Shown: positions 48,292 through 59,266 of the stretch, piece by piece | How the letters are laid out: each line of letters begins with the position of its first letter | Numbering within the stretch: position 1 is the stretch's first letter | Assembly: GCA_039679445.1 (NCBI GenBank) | Contig: JBDKUY010000017.1 | Coordinates: 4,065-68,064 of the forward strand | Direction: 5' to 3' | Source: Methanofastidiosum sp. | Lineage (GTDB): Archaea; Methanobacteriota_B; Thermococci; Methanofastidiosales; Methanofastidiosaceae | Length of the DNA: 64,000 nt | Translations under genes and position numbers: made by a program | Notes under the pieces: generated by a model | Databases searched by the model: none | The model's input: only the letters and a program-made list of their open reading frames with translations | What the model was told of the DNA's origin: nothing

Positions 48292-48960
48292 CTAAACCTC
48301 AATTGTAATTCTAATAAGTTCGCCGTCTTTCTTCTTTAAGAAGTTTTTGAGATTTTTAGGGGCTATGATTTCAACAACATTTTGAGGGTGGTGGGTCCTT
48401 AAAGGTATTATAACTGCACCTTCTATCCTACCATCAATCAATGCTTTGTAACATCTGACATTTCCAAAAGACCTTCCTTCGTCGGTGCCTGATTTCAATA
48501 TAACTGAAGGGTACCTATCAAGGAATTTTCTAAGCAGTATGTCTGTTTCATCGGTGAGTTTAATATTTAGTGTTCCTGGATAAGGGCTAAAACCAAGACC
48601 ATCTTCAAACTGTTTTTTGTAAAAAAGCCTTGAAACATAATATTTTCCTTCACCGATCCCGGAAACTATTGTTCCATCGATAGTAAGTTCATCATTTTTT
48701 TTGTTGAATAGCTCGCACATTTCAACGAAGAAAGTCTTCAGGTAATTTTTTCCGTATTCAGTAAGCGTAATTGTCTGTCCTCCTTTTACAAATGTTCTTT
48801 CTATAGCACCAAAAGATTCCAGCTCTTTTAGCCACCTTGAAGCGGTCTGTTGGGACACACCAAGTTCTTTTCCAAGATCCTTTGAAGAAATATAAACAGA
48901 CCCCTTGACCTTACCCTTCTTAGCTAATGTTAAAAGAGGTAAGAGGTAGCTGTCTTTCAT
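48292..48960 (-). CDS. ribK: CTP-dependent riboflavin kinase with N-terminal wHTH (archaeal RibK)
   Basis: N-terminal HTH LGVSQQTASRWLKELE. The C-terminal barrel has GFSPYPGTLNIKL and PLRTHHP, typical of MJ0056-type RibK. Confidence 0.8.
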   Translation of the reverse strand: MKDSYLLPLLTLAKKGKVKGSVYISSKDLGKELGVSQQTASRWLKELESFGAIERTFVKGGQTITLTEYGKNYLKTFFVEMCELFNKKNDELTIDGTIVSGIGEGKYYVSRLFYKKQFEDGLGFSPYPGTLNIKLTDETDILLRKFLDRYPSVILKSGTDEGRSFGNVRCYKALIDGRIEGAVIIPLRTHHPQNVVEIIAPKNLKNFLKKKDGELIRITIEV

Positions 48961-49003
48961 ATATTAAAGATTATTTTAATAAATTTAAAAGGTTATTGGG
49001 ATT

Positions 49004-49456
49004 TTATGCAAGGCCTACAAGCGAATGGATTAATTCAGTTATTCCATTTCCCATCTTTGCAGATCCAGCTATGACTGGAAATCCATTGAATTTTCTTCTT
49101 ATCGTTTCTGTGTCTGCAATGTCACTCTTGTTCAAAAATATCAAGCATGGAATCCCTTTATGTTTTAATTCCTGTAAAAGATGTATGTCAAATTCTGAGA
49201 TATTCATTGTAGAATCCAAAACCATTATTCCTATGTTTGCACCCCTTGATAAGATGTCTCTCATAAAATCAAATCTTTCCTGTCCTGGTGTTCCGTAAAA
49301 ATGAATTTTTCTTCCGCCAACTATTGCCCGTCCATAGTCCATGGAAACTGTAGTATTATTCTTATCAATGTTTATTGCGCCGTGTTCTATAGCTTTGATT
49401 AGGGTGCTCTTTCCAGCGTTTTCCTTTCCAAAAACAACAACCTTAACATCTTCCAT
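49004..49456 (-). CDS. small Ras/Arf-like GTPase (COG2229-type)
   Basis: G1 GKENAGKST, G3 GTPGQERF and G4 NKSD. 150 aa. Confidence 0.7.
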   Translation of the reverse strand: MEDVKVVVFGKENAGKSTLIKAIEHGAINIDKNNTTVSMDYGRAIVGGRKIHFYGTPGQERFDFMRDILSRGANIGIMVLDSTMNISEFDIHLLQELKHKGIPCLIFLNKSDIADTETIRRKFNGFPVIAGSAKMGNGITELIHSLVGLA

Positions 49457-49593
49457 ACTAATCTCCTCAAAGCACTAATTACTATTGCTAATCAATATAG
49501 TTATCTAATACTATATAAATCTATTGGTATTGTTGAATATAAATACAAATGAATCAGATAATTATTTAATTTAGTAAACCCACAATTACCATT

Positions 49594-50353
49594 ATGGAAC
49601 TCTCCGAAAAGGTAATTTTGCTGACAGGTGCAAGTGGGGGGATTGGTAAACCTATCCTTGAGCACTTGAATAGGAATGTTAAGGTTCTAATAGGAAGCGG
49701 TAGGAAGAATCTCCAGGATTTCACAAGGATAAAGGAAGATGAAAAGTTCAACTATATGCCCATGGACCTAAACTCAGAGGACAACCTCAAATTCCTTTTT
49801 AGCTACATCATTGAGGAATATGGAAGACTTGATGTGATGATCAATACCATCAGGAGGTAGTCTCTATTCTCATACAATTGAGGATTTTCCGATTGAAGAA
49901 TATGATAAAGTGATTGATACAAATCTTAAAACTGCTTTCATGCTGACAAAAGAATCAATCAAATACATGAAAAGAAATGGCGATCAAGGCGGCAATATAT
50001 TACATTTTGTTTCTTCCTCTTCAAAAGATGTATCACATAATAAAGCCCCATATGGAATTGCAAAGGCCGGACTTGAAGCCCTAATAAGATATTCTGCACA
50101 TGAAGCTGCAAAATACAATATCAAGGTTAATGGTATATCGCCTACTTATGTTTTTACTGAAAGACATGAGAAAGAAATAGAGCTACAATCAAGAAGAACA
50201 AATAGAAGTGTGGCAGAAATAGAAGAAAAAATTATGGGAGGCCAACTCCTAAAAAGAAAGCTTTACCCCAAAGATATTATTCCACTGGTGGATTTATTGA
50301 TCCAGACTGAAGTTATCACAGGTGAGATATACAATTGCACTCTCGGAAAGTAA
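49594..50353 (+). pseudogene. short-chain dehydrogenase/reductase (SDR), interrupted by a frameshift
   Basis: ORF 49594..49860 carries LLTGASGGIGK, and ORF 49910..50353 carries the catalytic Y-x3-K (APYGIAKAG). The stop at 49858 and the in-frame continuation SGGSLYSHTIEDFPIEEYDKVIDTNLK in the other frame show a 1-nt shift near 49840..49858. Confidence 0.6.
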
Positions 50354-50502
50354 TTTACAATTCTATAATAAAATGAGAAGAGGTGATATTAATCTCCTTC
50401 TTCTAAAATAATAAGTTCATCTTCAAATATTTATCGGGTATACTTTAAAGTTAAATTAAGAAATAGTAAATAATTATTAATTATATTTAATAATTATTAT
50501 TA

Positions 50503-51804
50503 TTATTTAATAAAATCTATTTTTTCTTCTTTGCCATCTATGAAAATATTTGTTTCGTATGGTTTTGTTTGTGCTATGGCCTTGCCATTTTTTATAACTA
50601 AATATCTCCTAGCAACTAGCCTTATCGCATCAATTGCTGTTGGAGCATCAAATACAACTAGGTCTGCAGAGTTTCCTACTTTAATCCCATAATCTTTTGC
50701 ACCAAATGCTTTGGCCGGATTTGTTGTAATCATTTCAATTAACCGCATCATTTCGTTATAGCCTGACATCTGCCCGTAGTGGACAAATACAAATGCTGCC
50801 TGCAAAGGGTCTCCAAGTCCAAGTGGGTACCATGGATCCATTATCGAGTCATCAGCTATAGAGACATTTATCCCCATTGAGTCCATCTCCTTTACCCTTG
50901 TGTGGCCTCTTCTTTTTGGATAAGTATCAAATCTTGCTTGGAGAACTGAATTATCAAGGGGATTTGTCACCATATTTAGTTCTGCCTTCTTAATCCACCC
51001 AAGAAGTTTGAAGGCGTATGCATTATTATAGGAGTGCATTGCAGTTGTATGGCTTGCCGTTACTTTTCCTTGGTAATTATTTTTTATTGTTTCAGCTGCT
51101 AGAACTTCAACAAATCTTGAGTGATCATCATCTGTTTCATCTATGTGGAGGTCCACCATTTTGCCTAACTCTTTTCCTAATGAAACTGCAAATATTGCAT
51201 CCTTTACACCATCCTCTCTTGTCCACTCATAATGCGGAATCCCCCCAACTACATCTGCACCTTTCTCCATTGCCTTTCTCATCAATTCTTCTCCATCGGG
51301 ATACGAGAAAATACCTTCCTGGGGAAATGCAACTATCTGAAGTTCGAGATAGTTCTTGAATTCCTCTTTGATTTCAGATAATGCATTTAGGGCTTTTAGG
51401 GATGAATCACAAACATCAACATGTGTCCTAACTCTAGTGACTCCGTTTGCAATCTCCCACTTCAATGCTTTCCTTACTCTAGCCTTAACATCTTCTTTTG
51501 TAAGGGTCTTTTTTCTCTCTGCCCATATATCAATGCCTTCCAAAAGAGAGCCACCAAGATTGTATCTGGGCTCACCCACAGTAAGAGCTGCATCCATGTG
51601 AACATGTATCTCAACTAACGGTGGAGAGACGAATCTTCCTTTAAGATCAATTTCCTCATCGCCTTTTTCAGTGATATTCTTTTTTATTTCACAAAATTTA
51701 CCATCACAAAACCCTATATCAAGTAAATAATTATTATCGTTTAATCTAGCATTTCTCAAAATTAGTTCCATTTGCACACCCTTAATATTAGTAATATATT
51801 CCAA
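50503..51804 (-). CDS. amidohydrolase, cytosine deaminase-like
   Basis: EIHVHMD (HxH metal site), DLHIDE, and C-terminal DD..DPW. Size and pattern match CodA/AtzC-type TIM-barrel amidohydrolases. Confidence 0.65.
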   Translation of the reverse strand: MEYITNIKGVQMELILRNARLNDNNYLLDIGFCDGKFCEIKKNITEKGDEEIDLKGRFVSPPLVEIHVHMDAALTVGEPRYNLGGSLLEGIDIWAERKKTLTKEDVKARVRKALKWEIANGVTRVRTHVDVCDSSLKALNALSEIKEEFKNYLELQIVAFPQEGIFSYPDGEELMRKAMEKGADVVGGIPHYEWTREDGVKDAIFAVSLGKELGKMVDLHIDETDDDHSRFVEVLAAETIKNNYQGKVTASHTTAMHSYNNAYAFKLLGWIKKAELNMVTNPLDNSVLQARFDTYPKRRGHTRVKEMDSMGINVSIADDSIMDPWYPLGLGDPLQAAFVFVHYGQMSGYNEMMRLIEMITTNPAKAFGAKDYGIKVGNSADLVVFDAPTAIDAIRLVARRYLVIKNGKAIAQTKPYETNIFIDGKEEKIDFIK

Positions 51805-51881
51805 TTAATATAAATTTAATCTTAAGGATTTCAATAAAATAAAAGAAATAGATATAAAAGGAAATAAAAAAGATAGACCAG

Positions 51882-53219
51882 ATGAAGAAAATCACTCTAG
51901 AAAAACTATGGGATGTTTTAACCCCAATACAGTTACTGGTAATAGGGTATATTTCCATATCAATAATAGGATCATTATTGCTTATGTTACCTGTGGCCTC
52001 CTCATCTGGTATACCTCAAAATTATATTGACGCTCTTTTCACGTCTACTTCGGCTTCAACTACCACTGGCCTTATAGTCGAAGATACTGGAACATATTAT
52101 TCTCTTTTTGGCCAAGGAATAATATTGCTATTATTTCAGATTGGCGCACTTGGGTATATGATGGGGGTTACATTAATGGTCTTGGGACTTGGGGGAAAAA
52201 TATCTATCACAGATAGAATACTTCTAAGAGAATCTGTTAAGAGACCAACGACAGTAGATATGATATGGTTTGTAAAAATAATAACAGTAATTACATTCAC
52301 AATAGAAGCTTTGGGCGCTTTAGTGCTCGCTCTTTATTGGACAAAAGATTTTAGTTTTAATGATGCTTTGTATTTGGGAGTCTTTCACTCAGTCTCTGCT
52401 TTCTGTACGGCAGGATTTTCCCTATTCAAAGATAGTTTTATTGGATACCAAAGCAGTATTTTATTGAACGTAGTCATCAGCGTTTTGTGTATACTTGGGG
52501 GAATCGGATTTTTTGTTATCTATGATGTTTTAAGATTCATCGGAGCCTCTTATAAAAAGGAACAAAAGAAGCTCTCAGTCTATACTAAATTTAGCTTCTT
52601 ACTAACAATAGCCCTAATATTATTTGGATTCATTATTATTTTTTTATCAGAGGGCAATTCAAATAATTCAGTAATGACTTCTATGTTTCAAGCAATATCA
52701 TCCTCAAGCACAACTGGTTTTAATAGTGTCGATATATCTATTATGGGATTGCCAAGCCTTTTTATTATGATGATATTGATGTTTATAGGTGCATCTTCTG
52801 GAGGAACTGGAGGGGGTATAAAGGCAAGCACCTTTGGAGTATTAGTTCTATTCACATATTATCTTCTAAAAGGCAAAAAAGACGTTAATATTTTCAAGAG
52901 AATTATACCCCCAGAGAAAATAGACAAAGCATTTGGTATTTTTATAACTTCAATGATTTTTATAGTCGTTGCTTTAGGAATATTGCTTTTCACAGAAGAA
53001 TTCCCTTTCATTTCGCTTCTTTTTGAAATTGTCTCTGCACTTGGAACTGTTGGTCTTTCTCTGGGTATCACCCCCCATCTTAGTTCAATCGGAAAATTAG
53101 TAATTATATCACTTATGCTAATAGGGAGAATAGGCCCATTGGCAATAGGATTTTCATTGTTGGGTAAACAAAAGGAAATATCTTTTAAATATCCAAAAGC
53201 AGATATTTTTGTTGGATAA
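51882..53219 (+). CDS. trkH: Trk/Ktr-type potassium transporter membrane subunit (TrkH/KtrB)
   Basis: Repeated selectivity-filter-like segments SASTTTGL, CTAGFS, SSSTTGFN and GTVGLS. Confidence 0.85.
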   Translation: MKKITLEKLWDVLTPIQLLVIGYISISIIGSLLLMLPVASSSGIPQNYIDALFTSTSASTTTGLIVEDTGTYYSLFGQGIILLLFQIGALGYMMGVTLMVLGLGGKISITDRILLRESVKRPTTVDMIWFVKIITVITFTIEALGALVLALYWTKDFSFNDALYLGVFHSVSAFCTAGFSLFKDSFIGYQSSILLNVVISVLCILGGIGFFVIYDVLRFIGASYKKEQKKLSVYTKFSFLLTIALILFGFIIIFLSEGNSNNSVMTSMFQAISSSSTTGFNSVDISIMGLPSLFIMMILMFIGASSGGTGGGIKASTFGVLVLFTYYLLKGKKDVNIFKRIIPPEKIDKAFGIFITSMIFIVVALGILLFTEEFPFISLLFEIVSALGTVGLSLGITPHLSSIGKLVIISLMLIGRIGPLAIGFSLLGKQKEISFKYPKADIFVG

Positions 53220-53231
53220 GAGTGTGATTTA

Positions 53232-53891
53232 ATGAAACAGTTTGTAGTTATTGGTCTTGGAAATTTTGGTATAAATGTTGCAACTGCCCTTCATAAACTA
53301 GGAAATCAAGTCTTAGTTATTGATGAATCAGAAAGAAAAGTTGAGCAGATTAAAGATTTTGTTACACAAGCAATTGTTGCCGATACAACTGACAGGAAAG
53401 TATTATCGGAGTTTGTGGATAAATCTGTAGATGCGGCAATAGTATGTATGGGGGACAATATTGAAGCAAGTGTGATGATTACCCTATATCTAAAGGATTT
53501 AGGTATTGAAAAGATAATAGCAAAAGCAATAAATGAAGATCATGGTCGTATTTTAGGACTAGTTGGTGCTACAAAGATAATTTATCCTGAAAAAGATGTT
53601 GCGATAGAACTTGCAGAAACTCTCACAACACCGAATCTTATTAATTGGCTTCCTGTTGAACCCGATTATAAAATCTTTGAGCTAAAAGCTCCAAAAGACT
53701 ATGTAGGCAAGACACTTGCTGAATTAAAATTATATGATAACTATGGAATACAAGTTATAGCTGTGAAAGAGGGGCCAAAAGGACCTTTTCATCTGATCCC
53801 CGGAGGGAGCTTCACTATAACTGAGAATAGCTCTCTTGCCATCATAGGTAAAAATGAGGATATTGCAAAGTTAAAATCAAATAATAAATAA
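53232..53891 (+). CDS. trkA: Trk system NAD-binding subunit (TrkA/KtrA, RCK domain)
   Basis: VVIGLGNFGINVA Rossmann RCK_N plus RCK_C. Adjacent to trkH. Confidence 0.85.
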   Translation: MKQFVVIGLGNFGINVATALHKLGNQVLVIDESERKVEQIKDFVTQAIVADTTDRKVLSEFVDKSVDAAIVCMGDNIEASVMITLYLKDLGIEKIIAKAINEDHGRILGLVGATKIIYPEKDVAIELAETLTTPNLINWLPVEPDYKIFELKAPKDYVGKTLAELKLYDNYGIQVIAVKEGPKGPFHLIPGGSFTITENSSLAIIGKNEDIAKLKSNNK

Positions 53892-53936
53892 AATATAACA
53901 AATACCTTTTTATTTCTAAACCTCTAAATATAATGC

Positions 53937-54158
53937 ATGGATGATGAAGATAAGATTATCTTAGCTGGTCTTGGGACTTTTGGAGCTTTAGCGTATATTG
54001 CTATAAAAGAAATTCAGGAAAGAGACGCTTTGGAAGAAGAATCTAAATCATCCCAAGCTAGTGAAGCCCTTGAAGCAGGGTATACCCTTTCTGAAAAAGA
54101 GAAAAAAGAATTCCCAATTTACAAAGATATCCTACAACTGTTATTAGGTAGAAAGTAA
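53937..54158 (+). CDS. hypothetical small protein (73 aa, one TM)
   Basis: ORF only. Confidence 0.25.
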   Translation: MDDEDKIILAGLGTFGALAYIAIKEIQERDALEEESKSSQASEALEAGYTLSEKEKKEFPIYKDILQLLLGRK

Positions 54159-54188
54159 ATCATCATAGGAACTTTTTTAAGATACTTA

Positions 54189-55067
54189 TTGCATACCCCT
54201 CCAATGGATAAAAAGCGAATAGGAGTCTTGGCAATTGTTGGTGCAAGTGTGATGTGGGCTATTGAGCCCATATTTGCAAAACTTGCTTACGCCAATTCTA
54301 GCGTTGTTCAGACTTCAGCTTTTAGGGCCATATTTGTAACAGTTGTGGCTTTGATCTATGCACTTTCAACAAATGGGAAAAATATTAAGATTTCTAAAAA
54401 AGAATTTTCTGTGATATTCTATATCGCTGTTGTTGGGACTCTCGTTGCAGATTTATTATTTTACTTTGCGCTCACAAAGATATCTGTCCTGAATGCAGTT
54501 TTGATAGGACATCTCCAGCCTATCTTTATTATATTAATAGGCTATTTTATCTTAAAGGATGAAAAGCACTCGAAATATGATTATGCCGGCATATTCATAA
54601 TGATATTTGGGGCGCTACTTGTCACTACCCAAACAATTCAAAATCTCCTTATTTTAAGAATAGGAACTGTTGGAGACCTATTAGTTGTGGGTGCAACTGT
54701 GTCGTGGGCCACTACAGGAGTTGCTGCAAGAAAGTATCTAAAGAATATGAACTGTGGTATAATTACATTTTACAGATTTCTAATTGCAGCCATATTCTTC
54801 TCAATCTATCTGCTATTCAGAGCAGAGTTCCACTTTGGAAGTGTAAATCAGATTATAATTGGGATTATAGTTGGAGTCGGTTACATTCTGTATTATGAGG
54901 GCCTTAAAAGAGTCAAAGCGGCACAAGCCGGTGCACTAGAATTATCAACACCCTTCTTTGCTGCAATCCTGGGATTTCTTGTTCTTGGGGAGTTAGTAAC
55001 ACCCATGCAGATAGCAGGGATTCTTATTCTGTGCATTGGTGTTTATCTACTTTCAAAAAAGGAATAA
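54189..55067 (+). CDS. EamA/DMT-family transporter
   Basis: 10 TM in two EamA repeats. 292 aa. Confidence 0.8.
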   Translation: MHTPPMDKKRIGVLAIVGASVMWAIEPIFAKLAYANSSVVQTSAFRAIFVTVVALIYALSTNGKNIKISKKEFSVIFYIAVVGTLVADLLFYFALTKISVLNAVLIGHLQPIFIILIGYFILKDEKHSKYDYAGIFIMIFGALLVTTQTIQNLLILRIGTVGDLLVVGATVSWATTGVAARKYLKNMNCGIITFYRFLIAAIFFSIYLLFRAEFHFGSVNQIIIGIIVGVGYILYYEGLKRVKAAQAGALELSTPFFAAILGFLVLGELVTPMQIAGILILCIGVYLLSKKE

Positions 55068-55075
55068 AAAATAAT

Positions 55076-55642
55076 TTATCTTCTCTGTGTGTATTCCCAG
55101 CATATCTCCCATACAGGTATTGTGGCACATGTCGGATCATTTATCTTGTAGTAGACCGGAGTCCTTGGATGATCTATACCAATGTCAAATCTTTTGTCTT
55201 TTTCCACTTTTGTGTCGACAAATGATATTCTAGCTACACCGTTTGAATTATACCCATAAAGTGGAACATTTCTGGAATATGCCCTCTGGAGACTTACTTT
55301 GGTCTTTTGGGAGATTACGCCGTTGTCAGGTCTTCCCTCAACAACTGTGATGTACCCAAATCCTGGATCCTTCTTGCGATTAATTATTATGTTTGACTCC
55401 TTTAATTCATTGAAGATTTTCTCACTGAGGTAAACAGCTTCATATCTATTGAAGTAATTTCTTTCCTCTAGTTTTATCTGGCCTGTAATAGGGATGGGCA
55501 TCACATCGTATTCTTGATTAGAAAGTAATTTCTTTAAGTTGTCAGTTGGCTCATCTAAGACAAGGATTTTTGCAGATACTATTGAGATACTACTTAAGAT
55601 AATCATAATACAAAAAAGGGAAACTGTAATTTTTGTTTTCAT
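55076..55642 (-). CDS. secreted hypothetical protein
   Basis: Signal peptide MKTKITVSLFCIMIILSSISIVSA. No known motif. Confidence 0.4.
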   Translation of the reverse strand: MKTKITVSLFCIMIILSSISIVSAKILVLDEPTDNLKKLLSNQEYDVMPIPITGQIKLEERNYFNRYEAVYLSEKIFNELKESNIIINRKKDPGFGYITVVEGRPDNGVISQKTKVSLQRAYSRNVPLYGYNSNGVARISFVDTKVEKDKRFDIGIDHPRTPVYYKINDPTCATIPVWEICWEYTQRR

Positions 55643-55753
55643 TTTTATCCCTCCAAATACTTTTATTGCTTCAAATATTTAAAGATAATTGAATTATAGA
55701 TTAATAGCCATTAAATATATAAAATTAAAAAATAATATAGAATAGATTGAATT

Positions 55754-56047
55754 ATGAAAAGCCTTGAAGAAATAGAAAGATTAATTGAAGAACGTAAAGG
55801 GGAAATAAAAGATAGATATCACGTTAAGGAAATTGGGCTATTTGGTTCTTATCTTAAAGGCGAAGCGAATGCCACAAGTGATTTGGATATTCTAGTAGAA
55901 TTTGAAAAAACTCCTGGTTTATTTGATTTTTTAGACCTTGAAGATTATCTTACTGAATTACTGGGCATAAAAGTGGATCTAGTTATGAAAAATTCTTTAA
56001 AACCTTATATCGGTAAGATTATTCTAAATGAGGTCAAATACCTATGA
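55754..56047 (+). CDS. mntA: nucleotidyltransferase-domain antitoxin (MntA-type)
   Basis: GLFGSYLKGEANATSDLDILVEF is the minimal NTase GS...D.D motif. 97 aa. Confidence 0.8.
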   Translation: MKSLEEIERLIEERKGEIKDRYHVKEIGLFGSYLKGEANATSDLDILVEFEKTPGLFDFLDLEDYLTELLGIKVDLVMKNSLKPYIGKIILNEVKYL

Positions 56048-56385
56048 AACGAGAGTTTAAAGATTATTTTATTGATCTAATGGACTCAATAAATAAAATT
56101 GAAGAATTTACTGAAGGCATGGAGTATAATGATTTTCTAAAAGATAACAAAACTATTTTTGCATGTGTTAGAGCAATTGAAATAATGGGTGAAGCAGTCA
56201 AAAATATTCCTGAATATGTAAAAGAAGAAAACAAGGAAATACCTTGGAAAAAAATATACGGAATGAGAAACAAACTAATTCATGAGTACTTTGGCGTTGA
56301 ACCAGAAGTTGTTTGGATAACCATAAAAGAGGATATTCCATTAATTAAACCTTACATTATGGAAATTCTTGAAGAATTAGATTAA
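56044..56385 (+). CDS. hepT: HEPN-domain toxin (HepT/DUF86)
   Basis: RNKLIHEY matches the Rx4-6H HEPN motif. Its start overlaps the mntA stop by 4 nt. Confidence 0.8.
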   Translation: MKREFKDYFIDLMDSINKIEEFTEGMEYNDFLKDNKTIFACVRAIEIMGEAVKNIPEYVKEENKEIPWKKIYGMRNKLIHEYFGVEPEVVWITIKEDIPLIKPYIMEILEELD

Positions 56386-56506
56386 TTATCCTTCTGATAA
56401 ATAGGTTTTTATAGGGAAATTCCTTAATAATCTTGAATAAATATAGAATTCATATCTATAACTTTGTAAAAGCCTACATAATATTCAATTTATTGATGTA
56501 TAAGGG

Positions 56507-59266
56507 ATGTTTTTAATGAATAACGAAGCTAGGGCCAGAGGAGATATTGACAAAATGCTTGTTGATTGTGGTTGGGTTGTTCAGGATTATAAAATGATGG
56601 ATCTTGGTGCTTCAAGGGGTGTTGCAGTAAGAGAGTTCCCACTTCTTACCGGAATTGCAGACTACCTTCTTTTTATCGATAGGAAAGCTTGTGGTGTCCT
56701 TGAAGCTAAAAGAGTTGGAATACCTCTAGGTGGTGTTGCAGACCAATCTATAAAATATGTTGGAGGTTTGCCTGAGGATATTCCATCTGTTGGCGATCCG
56801 CTTCCTTTTGCATATAATAGTACAGGAAAAGAGACTTCGTTTGTTGATCTAAGAGACCCAAGACCACGCTCAAGAAGAGTCTTCTCTTTTCACAGGCCTG
56901 AAACTTTAAAAGAACTTCTATCTGATGAAAAGACATTAAGAAGAAAGTTACAAGAGATGCCTCCACTAATAACAGAGGGGCTAAGAGATTGCCAGATTGA
57001 AGCCGTCACAAACCTTGAAAAATCTTTTAGAGATACAAGGCCCCGCGCATTGATTCAGATGGCAACAGGTTCTGGAAAAACTTTTACTGCAATTAGCTTT
57101 GTCTATCGTTTGATAAAACATTCAAATGCAAAAAGAGTACTATTCTTAGTGGATAGGACAAATCTTGGAAAGCAAGCCATGACAGAGTTCAGCCAGTATA
57201 GGACTCCAGATGATGGGAGAAAGTTCACAGAACTTTATAATGTACAACATCTGTCTTCAAACGTAATTGATCCGGCAAGTAGAGTTTGCATTTCAACAAT
57301 TCAAAGAGTCTATTCGATGCTCAGAGGAGAGATTGAAATGGAAAGTGAAGCTGAAGAGCAGTCACTTTTTGACCAAGACATTGATGGTGCCCCAGTTGAT
57401 GTTTGTTACAATCCTTTCATCCCAATTGAAACATTTGATTTTATCATAACAGATGAATGCCACAGATCGATTTACAATCTCTGGAGGCAAGTTTTAGAAT
57501 ATTTTGATGCTTTCATTATTGGCCTTACTGCTACACCTTCAAAGCAGACACTTGGATTTTTCAATCAGAATCTTGTCATGGAATATAATCATGAGCGGGC
57601 AGTTGCAGATGGCGTTAATGTTGGATACGATGTATATAGAATTAATACGGCCATTACTGAAAAGGGTAGCACCGTAGAGGCAGGATTTTACATTGATAAA
57701 AGGGACAGAGTAACAAGGCAAGTTAGATGGGAGTCACTTGATGAAGAACTCAAATATGAAGGCAGAGACCTTGATAGGTCAGTAGTTTCACCGGATCAGA
57801 TTAGGACTGTGATAAAAACATTCAAAGAAAGATTGTTTACTGAGATATTTCCAGGCAGAAAAACAGTTCCAAAAACTCTAATTTTTGCTAAAGATGATTC
57901 GCATGCAGAGGATATTGTAAATATTATAAGGGAAGAGTTCGGCCAAGGAGATGAATTCTGTAAGAAAATCACTTATAGGACTATGGGTGAGAAACCTGAA
58001 GACCTAATTGCAAGTTTCAGAAACTCTTACAATCCAAGGATAGCTGTTACTGTAGACATGATATCAACTGGTACTGACATAAAACCATTAGAGTGTCTTA
58101 TATTCATGCGAGATGTTAAATCAAGAGTTTACTTCGAGCAGATGAAGGGAAGAGGAACAAGAATAATTAATCCCACTGATTTACAAATGGTAACTTCTGA
58201 TGCAAAAAATAAAACTCATTTTGTGATAATAGATGCTGTTGGAGTATGCGAAACAGACAAAACTGATTCAATGCCGCTTGAGAGAGCGAGGAATGTACCT
58301 TTGGAAAAGTTGCTTATGGGGATGGCTTTGAGAAAAAAGAACAAAGATATGATATCCTCTCTTGCAGGTAGACTCGCCAAAATCGACTTAGAGATGGATG
58401 AAAAGGAGAAACAGGAGATTCAAAAGATAGCTGGAAAGAACATGAACGAGATTGTAAATGAACTTCTTGATGCTGTCGATCCAGACAAAACTATTGAAAC
58501 TGCATGTAAGATGTTCGATACGACTGAGCCCACAAAGGAGCAACTGAACAAGGCTTCAGAAGAACTTCTAAACAAAGCAAGTAAGCCATTTGACAATCCA
58601 AAGCTACGATCAAAGATTATTGAGATAAAAAAGAAGAACGAGCAGATAATTGATAACATTAGCAAGGATGAGGTACTGTTTGCAGGATTTGATGACCTTG
58701 CAGCAGAAAAAGCAAGAATAATTGTTAATAACTTCAAGAACTTCATCGAAGAAAATAAGGATGAATTGACAGCACTTCAGATTATTTATAGTAATCCTTA
58801 CCCAACAAGATTTCTAACTTATGACGCTATTAAGGAGCTTGCTGAAGCGATAGAAAAGCCTCCTTACTACCTTACAACAGATAAGTTGTGGGCGGCTTAT
58901 GAGAAGCTAGAGAAATCAAAAGTTAGGGGTGCTGGGCCCCATAAGTTACTTACAGATATTATATCTCTTTTAAAATTTGAACTTGGAGAAATTCAAGTCC
59001 TTGAACCTTTTTCGTATACTGTTGACAGAAGATTTGAGGAGTGGGTGTCAAGCAAGAAAAAGCAAGGAGTGACTTTTACTAGTGAGCAACTAGAATGGCT
59101 AAAGATGATAAAAGACCACATTGCAACATCTATGAGTATTTCTAAGGATGATCTTGAGCAGACTCCTTTTCACAACAAGGGTGGGCTTGTTAAAGCGAAT
59201 AAAATCTTTGATGGAAAAATAGATAAGGTCATAGAAGAGCTACAGGAAGCACTGGTGAGCAAGTGA
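56507..59266 (+). CDS. hsdR: type I restriction enzyme R subunit
   Basis: N-terminal nuclease-like domain, Walker A MATGSGKTFTA, DECH box ITDECHRS, and helicase motif VI QMKGRGTR. 919 aa. Confidence 0.9.
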   Translation: MFLMNNEARARGDIDKMLVDCGWVVQDYKMMDLGASRGVAVREFPLLTGIADYLLFIDRKACGVLEAKRVGIPLGGVADQSIKYVGGLPEDIPSVGDPLPFAYNSTGKETSFVDLRDPRPRSRRVFSFHRPETLKELLSDEKTLRRKLQEMPPLITEGLRDCQIEAVTNLEKSFRDTRPRALIQMATGSGKTFTAISFVYRLIKHSNAKRVLFLVDRTNLGKQAMTEFSQYRTPDDGRKFTELYNVQHLSSNVIDPASRVCISTIQRVYSMLRGEIEMESEAEEQSLFDQDIDGAPVDVCYNPFIPIETFDFIITDECHRSIYNLWRQVLEYFDAFIIGLTATPSKQTLGFFNQNLVMEYNHERAVADGVNVGYDVYRINTAITEKGSTVEAGFYIDKRDRVTRQVRWESLDEELKYEGRDLDRSVVSPDQIRTVIKTFKERLFTEIFPGRKTVPKTLIFAKDDSHAEDIVNIIREEFGQGDEFCKKITYRTMGEKPEDLIASFRNSYNPRIAVTVDMISTGTDIKPLECLIFMRDVKSRVYFEQMKGRGTRIINPTDLQMVTSDAKNKTHFVIIDAVGVCETDKTDSMPLERARNVPLEKLLMGMALRKKNKDMISSLAGRLAKIDLEMDEKEKQEIQKIAGKNMNEIVNELLDAVDPDKTIETACKMFDTTEPTKEQLNKASEELLNKASKPFDNPKLRSKIIEIKKKNEQIIDNISKDEVLFAGFDDLAAEKARIIVNNFKNFIEENKDELTALQIIYSNPYPTRFLTYDAIKELAEAIEKPPYYLTTDKLWAAYEKLEKSKVRGAGPHKLLTDIISLLKFELGEIQVLEPFSYTVDRRFEEWVSSKKKQGVTFTSEQLEWLKMIKDHIATSMSISKDDLEQTPFHNKGGLVKANKIFDGKIDKVIEELQEALVSK

